Assembly (NCBI GenBank): GCA_963734545.1
Contig: CAVTHO010000005.1
Coordinates: 512,001-576,000 of the forward strand
Direction of reading: 5' to 3'
Origin: an uncultured Spirochaetota bacterium
GTDB lineage: Bacteria > Spirochaetota > Spirochaetia > SZUA-6 > Fen-1364
DNA: 64,000 nucleotides
This document shows positions 1 through 9,696 of this stretch, piece by piece; positions within the stretch are counted from its first letter, which is position 1; each line of letters opens with the position of its first letter. Made by a program: the position numbers and the translations under genes. The notes under the pieces are model-generated. The model ran no database searches. It saw only the letters and a list, made by a program, of their open reading frames with translations, and was not told where the DNA came from.

Positions 1-418
1 TGATTTCCAGATAAAGCAGAGAGACGGGATCGCCCATGAGATACCACCCCCCCGGTCCTGAACAAACCGCAAGAGCCGGGTATGTCTCGAGGTCGCCCCT
101 GCAAAAAGCGCGACGCCACGCCCCGGCAAGCCTGCGATGCAATGGAGGCAGGTGAGATACTTTCCTGCCCCTCGCGTCGATCATGCCGACAATCGCTTCA
201 ATGGAAATCATGACGCCGTCTTTCGTGGGCGTGGCGCCCTCCACGGCATTGGACGGCCGGTGCCGGCCCAGAAAGACGCCGCGCAGCAAGCGTACAATCG
301 CTCTGCGGCGCGCGCGGCGGAACTCCCTGTCCGCCTCGTACTGGCTGTACTCCACGGCCCACACTTCCTCGAGTGTTTCCCTCATGAGCTGCCAGCTGGA
401 TTTTGAATCCTCACTCAT
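1..418 (-). CDS. Hypothetical protein, runs off the window edge; weak resemblance to ParB-like/DUF4032-type N-termini
   Basis: Not in the ORF track. RBS AAGGAGG precedes ATG at 418 and the frame is open to position 1 (MSEDSKSSWQLMRETLEEVWAVEYSQYEADREFRRARRRAIVRLL...ISIEAIVGMID...). Confidence 0.7.
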   Translation of the reverse strand, partial: MSEDSKSSWQLMRETLEEVWAVEYSQYEADREFRRARRRAIVRLLRGVFLGRHRPSNAVEGATPTKDGVMISIEAIVGMIDARGRKVSHLPPLHRRLAGAWRRAFCRGDLETYPALAVCSGPGGWYLMGDPVSLLYLEI

Positions 419-436
419 GCTATCCTCCTTCAGCAA

Positions 437-452
437 TTGGCACCGGTTCCAA
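437..452. promoter_or_regulatory. LacI-family operator upstream of the 1..418 gene
   Basis: Near-palindrome TTGGCACCGGTTCCAA with central CG; it matches the two sites at 1484 and 1511. Confidence 0.75.
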
Positions 453-468
453 TCCGATGCGAAAAAGA

Positions 469-1476
469 TCATGCAGAGGCACGCGCAACGAGCTCGACAG
501 GGACAGTCGTTGTCGTGATGATTCCCTTCTCGAGATATGTCACAAGGTCGCGCGCGAGGAGCTTTCCTGCCAGAGGTATCTGCTGACTGATCGTTGTAAG
601 GGCGGGCGTCACATAGGACGCGATCGAGAGGTCGTCATATCCCACGACTGCGACATCCTCAGGAATTCTCCGACCCGCGGCCTGGAGCGTCCGCATTGCG
701 GCGATTGCCATCAGGTCGCTGTTGCAGAAGACCCCGTCTATCCCCTGGTCGCGTTTGATGAGCTCTTCCATGACCCGGGCGGCGGACCTTTCCGTGTAGT
801 CGCCGTAAGCAACGAGAACCGGTTCGACGGCCCGGCCCGCGGCCTCGAGCGCCGCCGCGTAGCCGCTGTGACGCGCCCGCACCTCTCCTTCCGTCTGTGT
901 TCCCCCGATGAACGCGATTCGTCTGCGTCCGAGCGAGAGAAGCCGTTCTGTTGCAAGCTTTCCGCCCAGAAAATCGTCGCCACACACGGAGCAGTAGCCG
1001 CCGCGGCCCGGACCCCAGGCGACAAAAGGGGCGCCTTTCTTGAGGAGGAGATCGATATGGTTCCTTTTCTTGGTCGACGTCATCAGGATGAAACCATCCA
1101 CTCGTCCGGTATCCATGAACTGCGCAACCCAGTCTTCGTCATTGGGATCGACATGGACCACAAGGAGACCGTAGCCCAGGTCGTGGAGGCCAACTGCAAT
1201 TCCGCCCATGATCTCCAGGCAGAAGGGGTCCGAGATCGCGCAGCCGGTTTTGCCGTAGGCGTGGTTGACAAAAGCGATTGTATGGCTGGAGCGGAGCGAA
1301 AGATTGCGGGCTGCTGCACTTGGCCTGAAATCATGCTCCAGGGCAATGGCCCGGATTCGCTCCTTGGTCTCAGCTCTGGCGAACGGGCTGTCATTGAGTG
1401 CCCTTGAGACTGTCGATTTCGAGACACCGGCAATCCTGGCGATATCCGAAATAGATCGCAATTTCTCTTTTGCCAT
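469..1476 (-). CDS. LacI-family transcriptional regulator
   Basis: N-terminal HTH SISDIARIAGVSKSTVSRALN and a periplasmic-binding-protein-like effector domain (DVAVVGYDD, PALTTI). Start taken at ATG 1476. Confidence 0.96.
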   Translation of the reverse strand: MAKEKLRSISDIARIAGVSKSTVSRALNDSPFARAETKERIRAIALEHDFRPSAAARNLSLRSSHTIAFVNHAYGKTGCAISDPFCLEIMGGIAVGLHDLGYGLLVVHVDPNDEDWVAQFMDTGRVDGFILMTSTKKRNHIDLLLKKGAPFVAWGPGRGGYCSVCGDDFLGGKLATERLLSLGRRRIAFIGGTQTEGEVRARHSGYAAALEAAGRAVEPVLVAYGDYTERSAARVMEELIKRDQGIDGVFCNSDLMAIAAMRTLQAAGRRIPEDVAVVGYDDLSIASYVTPALTTISQQIPLAGKLLARDLVTYLEKGIITTTTVPVELVARASA

Positions 1477-1483
1477 AGCGCCC

Positions 1484-1525
1484 TGCAACCGGTTCCAGAC
1501 TACGCCATTTTGGAACCGGTGTCAA
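1484..1525 (-). promoter_or_regulatory. Sigma70 promoter of the LacI gene overlapped by two operators (autoregulation)
   Basis: The minus strand reads TTGACA-N17-TAGTCT. Operators TGCAACCGGTTCCA (1484-1497) and TGGAACCGGTGTCA (1511-1524). Confidence 0.8.
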
Positions 1526-1620
1526 GGATTTTCGGTCAACCGGGCTTCGTCCCCATCGATCCGCGCGCAAGCATGACGTGAATCCTTTCTCGTGTTACAC
1601 TGAGGGTGAGGGAGAGCGTC

Positions 1621-3162
1621 ATGGCCAAGGGCCGGATCATGGTCGTGGAAGACGAGGGGGTCGTCGCCCTTCAGATCAGGGAGTCGCTGCAGAGCCTCGG
1701 ATACGAGGTGCCCCTTGTCGCCCTGACCGGCGAAGAGGCCGTGGCCAGGCTGCTGGAAACCGAACCAGACCTCATCCTGATGGATATCCAGCTCAAGGGC
1801 GCGCTCAGCGGAATCGACACGGCGCAGCGCATCCGCAAGCGGCTCGACGTGCCTATCGTCTATCTCACCGCCTTCTCCGACGCGGAAACCCTCGTCCAGG
1901 CGCAGCTCACGGAACCTTACGGCTACATACTGAAACCTTTCGAAGAGAAGGGCCTGCACGCGATCATCCAGATGTCCCTTTTGAAGCACAGCCGCGCGCA
2001 CAGCTTTCGGGAGAGCGGGTGGTGGATGTCCGCGGTGGCCGCAAGCATGGTGGAAGCGGTGCTCATCTGCGATCCCAAAGGGTATGTCAAATTCGTTAAT
2101 CCCTCGACGGAAGTCCTGCTCGGCAGGCGCCAGCCGGACGTGCTCGAGAAAAGGCTCTCCGATCTCGTCCAGCTCATTGACGCGGAGACCCGGGCGCCTC
2201 TCCCCTTTCCGGTCACCGAGCCTCTTCTGGAGGGAAAGAGCACCATGCGCGGCAATTGCCGGCTGGTGACCGGAGAGGGCAGGGAGCTCCCGGTGGAGTT
2301 CAGCGCGTCGCCGCTCCGAAGCCCCGAGGGCACCCTCTTCGGGATACTCTTTGTGTTCCGCGAGACCGCCGAGCGCGAACGGATTCATGCGCTCGTGATG
2401 CATGAGATGGAGGAGCTAGCCCGGGTACAGAAGAAGTCGCTGCACGCGCGCGACACGCGCATTCCCGGCATTCGATATGACTCGCTCTCCCTGCCCACCT
2501 CGATGAGCGGCGGGGACGCGCTGGGCTGTTTCTCACTGGACGAGCAGCACGTGGCGTTCTACGCGCTGGACGTGATCGGCCAGGGAAACCTCTCGTCACT
2601 TTTTTCTCTGCTCCTGCAGACTCTTCTGACGCCCCACTTCGACAAGGGCGGGGTCCTTGTCGAGAAGAAATGGCCGGATCCCCGGCAGCGCGTTCTGAGT
2701 CCTTCCGAGGTGATCCAGGGGCTGAACAAGCGGTTTTTCATACAAGAGGACGCCCGACCGTACTTTACGATCGCCTACGGGGTGCTCGATCCGCGCACCG
2801 GAGCGGTCGGTCTGGTCCGGGCCGGTCATCCCTTCCCCCTGCTGCAAAAAGCCGGCGGTGCCGTGCATCTGCTGAAGCCTGAAGGATTCGCAGTCGGTCT
2901 CTTCGCGGGATCCGAGGTGGAGGCAGAGGAGCTGACCCTGCAGAAGGGGGACCGCCTGATCCTGTACTCCGACGGGCTGGTGGACTGCACGAACGCAAAG
3001 GGCGCCCGCTTCACCGAAACGCGGCTCATGGATCTCGTGAAGGCCGGCGCGCGTCTGCCGCTGACCGAGCTCGTGGAGTCGCTGCGCCAGCAGGTGGTGA
3101 CATGGCGAGGGTCGAGTCCCTTCTCCGACGACGTGTCCCTGCTCGCCCTGGAAAGGGAATGA
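1621..3162 (+). CDS. Response regulator: REC-PAS-SpoIIE/PP2C phosphatase
   Basis: Receiver (VVEDE, LILMDIQL, YILKP), PAS region, PP2C motifs GGD, DVIGQG, LYSDGL, DDVSLL. Confidence 0.92.
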   Translation: MAKGRIMVVEDEGVVALQIRESLQSLGYEVPLVALTGEEAVARLLETEPDLILMDIQLKGALSGIDTAQRIRKRLDVPIVYLTAFSDAETLVQAQLTEPYGYILKPFEEKGLHAIIQMSLLKHSRAHSFRESGWWMSAVAASMVEAVLICDPKGYVKFVNPSTEVLLGRRQPDVLEKRLSDLVQLIDAETRAPLPFPVTEPLLEGKSTMRGNCRLVTGEGRELPVEFSASPLRSPEGTLFGILFVFRETAERERIHALVMHEMEELARVQKKSLHARDTRIPGIRYDSLSLPTSMSGGDALGCFSLDEQHVAFYALDVIGQGNLSSLFSLLLQTLLTPHFDKGGVLVEKKWPDPRQRVLSPSEVIQGLNKRFFIQEDARPYFTIAYGVLDPRTGAVGLVRAGHPFPLLQKAGGAVHLLKPEGFAVGLFAGSEVEAEELTLQKGDRLILYSDGLVDCTNAKGARFTETRLMDLVKAGARLPLTELVESLRQQVVTWRGSSPFSDDVSLLALERE

Positions 3163-3171
3163 GACCGGATT

Positions 3172-5208
3172 TCAGCCCGACGGGAAGCTGATCGAAAAAG
3201 AGGCGCCGGGGCCTGGATTCATCGTGAGAGATCCCCTGAGCTGCTCCACGAGAATGTTCACGATGCGAAGACCCAGCGTGGCAGGATTGCGGATGTCGAT
3301 TTCCCGCGGAAAGCCGACCCCGTCATCCCTGATCGTGAGCAGTACTCTGCCTGCCTCCCCGCGATGCAATGAGACGGAGATTATGCCCTGCCTTCCGCCG
3401 GGGAAGGCGTACTTCAGGGAGTTCGAGAGGAGCTCGTTGATGATCAGGCCGCAGGGCACGGAGACGTCCATGCTCAAAGCCATTTCCTCCACGTCTGTTT
3501 TCAGCTCGACGGATCCCGAGTTGCCCGCATAGGAATGGCGAAGGTGCGCGGCCAGGTCACGGACATACCCGGCGAAGCTGATTCCCCGTTCATCCCCCGA
3601 GGGGTAGAGCTTCTCGTGGATGAGCGCCATGGATCTGACCCTGTCACGGCTCTCCGAAAGCAGGGCCCGGGTCTTTTCGTCGTCCGTCGATCCTGCCTGC
3701 AGCGCGAGGAGGCTGGAAATGACCTGCAGGTTGTTCTTTACCCTGTGATGGATTTCCTTCAGGAGCACCTCCTGGCCCCGGATCTCCTCCGCCTTCTTCT
3801 GGGCCGTCACATCGCGGACCAGGACAATAGCCTCGTTCTCCCCGCTCGCTACGAATCTCTCTTCGAAGTGCCGCCTTCCCCCCTCCGCTTCGACGTGATA
3901 CGACAGCACCTGCGGAATCCCCGTGTCGAGCGCGGCCTCCGTGGCGGCGATGGACCTGTCAAAGTACTCGGGGGAAATGAAGGAGTAGAGGGAAAGTATC
4001 TGCTCGGCGTCCTTGCCCACGAGATCCCCCGCGGTCTCCATGAGCGGAAGCTTGGCGGAAGAGCGCGCATCCAGGATCGTTCCGTCGCGCGTGACCCTGA
4101 ATATCACGTCCGGAACCGCATCGAGGAAGGCGACGTTCCTGCGTTCGCTGACGCGCAGCTCTTCAGTGGAGCGTTCCAGGGCATCCAGCATTCCGTTGAT
4201 CGCCGCCCCCAGATACGCGATCTGATCCTTGCCCTCTGCCGGGACGCGCCGGCCGGGGTCTCCGCCCGTACCGACGGCAAGCACCCCCCTGCTCAGGCGC
4301 AGGAGCCGTGAGAGGATTCTCGTCTCGATGAAGATCAGGACGACAGCCCCGAACACGACGACGATGACGAGCACCCACATATAGAAGTACTGCATTGTTC
4401 TTTCGGCCTGCATATGGATGTCCCGCGGCGCGGTCACGCGCAGCGCGACGATCGGCAGACCATCCACATCACGGATGGCCGTGTAGGCCGAGACCAGGTC
4501 TTCTCTTCTCCGGTCCAGGAAGGGCGGCGCACCGGGCGCGAGGGCGCGCACCGCGTCCGCCGTCTTCCGTTCGAGCCGCGGGCTGGCAAATGGCAGGACA
4601 TCGAGGGAGATGCGCAGCCGCACCGCCAACTCGGCCGCTTCCCGGTCATCGAGGAAACGCCCCATGAGCAGCGCTCCCCTCACCGGTCCCAGGCCGAGAC
4701 TGGTCCGGATGGGCCTCGAGACTGCCAGGAGGGGCCCTTCGGGAAGCGAAATGATGCCTTGCGCCGAACCATCAGTATCCGTGAAGCGCCAGAAGTCCGG
4801 GCGGGGCGCAAGCCACGAGACGAGCCCGCGCGGAACGTCCGCCAGCACGCGGCGTGAGGGCTCGAACGAGCGTCCGAAAACCATGCGCCCGTGCGTATCA
4901 ATGAAGAGCACGACGCTGAGCCGCAGATTCTGGAAGAACACCTCGTCGATGTTCTCCTCGATGTAGCGCGGGCTCCTGTCCGCGACGAACGCATACGTGT
5001 CGTCCCACATCGCCCAATCGTTTGCGGTCCTGCTGAGGGAAGACATCTCCTCGACAATGGCGTTGGTGACCCTCTCCACGTCCCGTTCGACGTACCGCCT
5101 CTCCAGGCGGGCAAAGCTGTCCGAAAGCAGACTGCGGGTAACGGCGACGATGATGATCATCATCACCAGCAGTGTCCCGCCGATCACGAGGAGGATGATT
5201 CTGCGCAT
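3172..5208 (-). CDS. Sensor histidine kinase, CHASE4-HAMP-PAS-HisKA_2-HATPase
   Basis: DWAMWDDTY CHASE4 signature, two TM helices, EIHHRVKNNLQ H-box, NELLSNSLKYAF, DDGVGFP. Confidence 0.93.
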   Translation of the reverse strand: MRRIILLVIGGTLLVMMIIIVAVTRSLLSDSFARLERRYVERDVERVTNAIVEEMSSLSRTANDWAMWDDTYAFVADRSPRYIEENIDEVFFQNLRLSVVLFIDTHGRMVFGRSFEPSRRVLADVPRGLVSWLAPRPDFWRFTDTDGSAQGIISLPEGPLLAVSRPIRTSLGLGPVRGALLMGRFLDDREAAELAVRLRISLDVLPFASPRLERKTADAVRALAPGAPPFLDRRREDLVSAYTAIRDVDGLPIVALRVTAPRDIHMQAERTMQYFYMWVLVIVVVFGAVVLIFIETRILSRLLRLSRGVLAVGTGGDPGRRVPAEGKDQIAYLGAAINGMLDALERSTEELRVSERRNVAFLDAVPDVIFRVTRDGTILDARSSAKLPLMETAGDLVGKDAEQILSLYSFISPEYFDRSIAATEAALDTGIPQVLSYHVEAEGGRRHFEERFVASGENEAIVLVRDVTAQKKAEEIRGQEVLLKEIHHRVKNNLQVISSLLALQAGSTDDEKTRALLSESRDRVRSMALIHEKLYPSGDERGISFAGYVRDLAAHLRHSYAGNSGSVELKTDVEEMALSMDVSVPCGLIINELLSNSLKYAFPGGRQGIISVSLHRGEAGRVLLTIRDDGVGFPREIDIRNPATLGLRIVNILVEQLRGSLTMNPGPGASFSISFPSG

Positions 5209-5246
5209 GGCGTGCCGATCAGCCTATACCCGACCATTGCAGCGGT

Positions 5247-5408
5247 CAAGCGTAGCCCTTCCGCGGTACCCCGCGGAGTTGGAGGGCGAGGTCGGCCGAG
5301 GCCAGGGGCTCCCGGCGCGCACGCGCGCCTGCCGCCCTACGGATGGCCGAAAGGCCGACCCGTAGCCAGGGAGTTCCCGGCCCCCCGCCGGTCGCCCCAT
5401 GGAGGGCC
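5247..5408 (-). repeat. Composite palindromic intergenic repeat; empty-site relative of 41242-41386
   Basis: Minus strand contains CCGCGG-GGTA-CCGCGG followed by AAGGGCT; GTACCGCGGAAGGGCT is identical to 41363-41378. CGCCTGCCGCCCT is shared with 43398-43410. Confidence 0.7.
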
Positions 5409-5452
5409 TTTTTCCCATTGGTCGCAGGCTGACTGCACGCTACATTAGAGTT

Positions 5453-6313
5453 GTGAAGTACAACAAGAAGCTCGCCCGGAAGGGCATCATCGTTCTGCTC
5501 GTCATCATTGCCTCAACCGTTGCCCAGGGTGCTCCGGCTGATCCGTCGCGCGTCCCGCAGCCTTCGCCGGGATTTCGATTTGCGCTCGATCCACTCGCTG
5601 ACGCGGCCTTGATCGGCGGAAGTCTCGCACTTTTCGGCGGGAGCCTCCTCCTGGAGCCGAGAAAACCGAAGCCGGACAGCGCGGCAGTGGACTCTTCGAC
5701 AATTCCCTTCTTCGATCGCATCTACCCATCGAATCCGTCGTCCACTCTGAGCAGCGTGGGCGATGGCCTTGCCATTGCCTCGGCCGCCCTGCCTGTCGTG
5801 CTTCTCTTCGGAAGAAGCGGAGATGAAATCCTCACGCTGGGTGTCATGTACATCGAGACTCTTGGGCTCGGGTATGGCCTCGATTCCCTGCTGAAATCGG
5901 TTGTCGTGCGCTATCGTCCTTACGCCTACTCCTCGTCGACGCCTGCGGACTTCTCGAACAGCGAGATCACCGCCTCCTTCCCTTCGAGCCACTCCACCCT
6001 CGCCTTTTCCGCAGCGGTGTTCACCGGATATATTTTTGGCGAGCTCAATCCCGATTCGAATATGAAGGCATGGGTCTGGACGGCAGGGCTCGGCGTTGCG
6101 ACTGTCGTGTCGGTCCTCCGTGTTGCGTCGGGCGATCATTTTGCGAGTGACGTGGTGGCGGGCGGCGCTATCGGGGCGGCGAGCGGGTTCCTGGTCCCGT
6201 TTCTCCACGAACGATTGCACGCGGCAAAGACGCAATCGAATGCGGCAGTATCGAGCGTCGCGCTCGAGCCGACCGCGGGCGGGATCTCCTTGAGGCTGAG
6301 TCTCCGGCCCTGA
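5453..6313 (+). CDS. PAP2-family membrane phosphatase
   Basis: Motifs KSVVVRYRP, SFPSSH, LRVASGDHFASDV; N-terminal signal-like segment. Start uncertain (GTG 5453). Confidence 0.88.
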   Translation: MKYNKKLARKGIIVLLVIIASTVAQGAPADPSRVPQPSPGFRFALDPLADAALIGGSLALFGGSLLLEPRKPKPDSAAVDSSTIPFFDRIYPSNPSSTLSSVGDGLAIASAALPVVLLFGRSGDEILTLGVMYIETLGLGYGLDSLLKSVVVRYRPYAYSSSTPADFSNSEITASFPSSHSTLAFSAAVFTGYIFGELNPDSNMKAWVWTAGLGVATVVSVLRVASGDHFASDVVAGGAIGAASGFLVPFLHERLHAAKTQSNAAVSSVALEPTAGGISLRLSLRP

Positions 6314-6346
6314 CGCGGGGTGGGAAGCCCTGAAAAGCCGGCGTAA

Positions 6347-6367
6347 AATGCCACGGGGTACCGTGGC
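6347..6367 (+). repeat. Short NGTA-loop hairpin repeat, copy 1
   Basis: AATGCCACGG-GGTA-CCGTGGC; 19 of 21 positions match 9213-9233. Confidence 0.65.
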
Positions 6368-6371
6368 CGGG

Positions 6372-8560
6372 CTAACGCGAGAGGAGCACCACGGTGGATC
6401 GTGCCTCGAGCCGGCACGTCTCCCGATTCAGCCGCTCCTCCTCGCCCGGCGCGACAATGTCGCGCGGCGACGGCAGAGCCGGTGTCGATGGCCTTGTACC
6501 ATCCCTCTTTGCCCTGCGGGATCGGCGCGAGGGTGAAGAGGACCTCCTCCTTCGACGCATTGAACATGATGAGGATGTCGTTGTCGTCCCGATCCGCGTC
6601 GATCTCGGACTTGTTTCCATCGATCACCAGCGCGAGGGTCCGACGCGCCGGCGGCCCAGTCCGCCGGCTCCGCCTCCTCGGTCAGCCACGTAATGTCGGG
6701 AATGGTCGTGTGCGCCGAGTTCTTTCCATCGTAGAACTCGGGCCGCAGGAATGCGGGATGGCGCAGGCGGAATCTGATGAGCTCCCTGCAGAAGCGATGG
6801 ATATCCGCATGTCGACGCAGGAATCGCCAATCGTACCAGGAGATTTCATTGTTCTGGCACCACGGGTTGTTGTTGCCTCGCTGTGTGCGGCGGAGCTCGT
6901 CGCCTCCCAGGATCATCGGCGTGCCGAGGGAAAGGAGGAGGGTGGCGAGGAAGTTCTTCACCTGCCTGTTCCTGACCGCCTCGATCAGCAGGGTCCTCGG
7001 TGGGGCCTTCGACTCCGTAGTTTGCGCTCTGATCCGGCGTGGCGCCGTCCTTGTTTTCTTCTCCATTCTCCTCGTTGTGCTTCTTCTCGTAGCTGACCAG
7101 GTCGTTGAGCGTGAATCCGTCGTGGGAATCGATGAAGTTGATGCTGTGAAACGGCTTCCTGCCGTCACGCAGGTACAGGTCCGAGCTGCCCGCGACGCGT
7201 GTCGCCAGGCGGCCGACCATCTCCCCATCCCCGCGCCAGAACCTGCGCACGTCGTCGCGGAACTTGTCGTTCCACTCCGCCCACCTGCCGCCGGGGAACC
7301 ATCCCACCTGGTATGCGCCGGCCGCGTCCCACGCCTCGGCAATGATCTTCGTGTGCCGCAGAACCGGGTCCTCCGCGATGCGCTCCAGGACGGGCGGGTT
7401 TTCCATCAGGTTGCCGTCCGGGTCCCGGCCCAGCACCGAGCCGAGATCGAAGCGGAAGCCGTCCACGTGCATCTCCATCACCCAGTAGCGCAGGCAGTCC
7501 AGCGATGAGCGAGCGCACGATGGGGTGATTGCAGTTCATGGTATTTCCGCACCCGGTGAAGTTGCGGTAGCGGCGCGGGTCCTTCTCGTCCAGCATGTAG
7601 TAGATGGAGTTGTCCCACCCGCGGAAGCACAGCGTCGGGCCGGACTCGTCGCCCTCCGCCGAGTGATTGAACACCATGTCGAGAATGACCTCGATGCCCG
7701 CCGCGTGCAGCTCCCGCACCATCTCCTTGAACTCGGTCACCTGCTGACCCAGCGCGCCGGCGCTCGAGTAGCGCCCCTTGGGAGCGAAGAAGGTGATGGT
7801 GTTGTAGCCCCAGTAGTTCTGCAGCCGCTCGCCCGTGACGGGATTCACGCGCGTGTTTTCCAGCTCGTCGAACTCCTGCACGGGCAGGAGCTCCAGCGAG
7901 GTGATCCCCAGCTCGGTGAAGTAGGGTATCTTCTCCGTCACTCCCCGGAAGGTGCCGGGGTGGGCGACTCCCGAGCTGGGGTGCAGCGTGAGGCCGCGCA
8001 CGTGGGTTTCATAGATCACGCTGAAGCGCAGGGGCCGGTTCAGAGGCTTGTCGCCCTTCCAGTCGAACTCATCCGAGATCACGATGCCCTTGGGCATGCC
8101 TTCGACTGTCGGAAGTGGTGGACATGCGCGGGCCCCTGTCCTTCGCGGCAGGCTCGTCACCGCGGGCATCGGCCAGGTTCCACGTGAAGTTGCCCGTGAC
8201 TGCCTTCACGTACGGATCGAGAAGGAGCTTGTTGCGATTGTACCGGTGTCCCTTTTCCGGCTGGTAGGGGCCGTCGACGCGGTAGAGGTAGCAGGTACCG
8301 GGGCCCACGCCGTCCACCTGCGCGTGCCAGACGTCGCCTGTCCTGTTGAGCCGCGGGTCCAGGGCGATTTCATGCGCCGGGGCGGAGTCACGAGGATTGG
8401 TAAAAAGCAGCAGCGACACCGCGGTGGCGTGCCTGCTGAAAACGGAGAACAGCGTCCCCCTGCCGTTCGGCGTGGCCCCGAACGGCAGGGGCTTGCCGGG
8501 AGAAACACGTACGAGCGGCGCGGTGATCGTTTCCTCCCTGTGTTCCCGGCCCGTTGTCAT
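6372..8560 (-). pseudogene. glgX: Glycogen debranching enzyme GlgX (GH13), split by about five frameshifts that are probably sequencing errors
   Basis: Consecutive frames give [87 protein letters not shown]. Confidence 0.93.
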
Positions 8561-9150
8561 GCCTGCGGGCCGCTGCCCGCCAGGCCGATCTCTTTTGCCA
8601 CTGCGCGCATGCCCATGATCGTCTCGGTGATGAGCGCGCCGAGCTCGACGCCCATCATCGCGGCGCCTTTTTCTATCACCGACCTGTTCACCCCGGCAGC
8701 GAAGCGCGCGTCCTTCCACTTCTTCTTTACCGAGGATGCCTCCATGTCCAGGACGCTGCGCGAGGGCCGCATGAGCGCCGAGGCCTTGACCAGACCCGTC
8801 AGCTCGTCCACCGCGTACAGTACCTTCTCCATGCGCTCCCGCGGCTCGACATCGGAGCAGATCCCCCAGCCGTGGCTCACCACGGCGCGGATGTAGTCCT
8901 CGGGCCATCCCGCCTCGGCCAGGATCTCGGGGCTCTTGCGGCAGTGCAGCTCGGGAAATCGCTCATAGTCGATGTCATGCACCAGGCCGATGATACCCCA
9001 CTTCTCCTCTTCCTCTCCGTACGTGCGCGCCATGTGCCGCATGACGGCTTCTACCGACAGCGCGTGGGCGAGAAGGCTCGCCGTGGCATTGTATTGCAGG
9101 AAGAGCGCAAGGGCTTCGGCACGGGTCGGCCTGTGTGTCTCGGAAGGCAT
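8557..9150 (-). CDS. HD-superfamily (HDIG) hydrolase
   Basis: HALSVEAVM, GLVHDIDYE, SHG, DELTGL, KKKWKDARFAAGVNR; 4-nt overlap with the glgX start. Confidence 0.9.
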   Translation of the reverse strand: MPSETHRPTRAEALALFLQYNATASLLAHALSVEAVMRHMARTYGEEEEKWGIIGLVHDIDYERFPELHCRKSPEILAEAGWPEDYIRAVVSHGWGICSDVEPRERMEKVLYAVDELTGLVKASALMRPSRSVLDMEASSVKKKWKDARFAAGVNRSVIEKGAAMMGVELGALITETIMGMRAVAKEIGLAGSGPQA

Positions 9151-9212
9151 GGCGGGAATTGTAGCGGTCCGGCGCGGCCCGGGCAAGAGCGCGTGCTGCG
9201 GTGCCTTGCACG

Positions 9213-9233
9213 AATGCCACGGCGTACCGCGGC
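9213..9233 (+). repeat. Short NGTA-loop hairpin repeat, copy 2
   Basis: AATGCCACGG-CGTA-CCGCGGC, similar to 6347-6367. Confidence 0.6.
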
Positions 9234-9333
9234 TGCCGCACCCTGCATGATACTCCGTGCAGGTCAGCGGATTTCGGCGCTCGATTGCTTAGCAGGGCGC
9301 GGGTGAGTATCTTAGGAATCGGAGAGGCACATC

Positions 9334-9690
9334 GTGGGCACGCACGCGGGGGGCGAGAATCATCTTCCCGGCTCTTTTTTCGAGCTTATCCGCGTTTCGG
9401 ACATGCCCGTGCTGGTCGATTTCTGGGCCGAATGGTGCGGCCCCTGCCGGACGGTGTCGCCCGCAATCGAGCGAATTGCCCGGGAATACGCCGGTCGGGT
9501 GCTCACCGTGAAGGTGAACATTGACCACAAGCCGAATGTCGCGACGGCCTACGGGGTCGAGGGTATCCCCACCATCATGCTCTTCTGGAGGGGAGAGTGC
9601 CACATGAGACTCACCGGGGCATATCCCTACGAGGCCATACTGCAGAACATACAGGAGAACTGGCCCCAGGAGGCGGGCCCGGGCTCCTGA
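9334..9690 (+). CDS. trxA: Thioredoxin
   Basis: VLVDFWAEWCGPC, GIPT. Confidence 0.93.
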   Translation: MGTHAGGENHLPGSFFELIRVSDMPVLVDFWAEWCGPCRTVSPAIERIAREYAGRVLTVKVNIDHKPNVATAYGVEGIPTIMLFWRGECHMRLTGAYPYEAILQNIQENWPQEAGPGS

Positions 9691-9696
9691 GACGCT

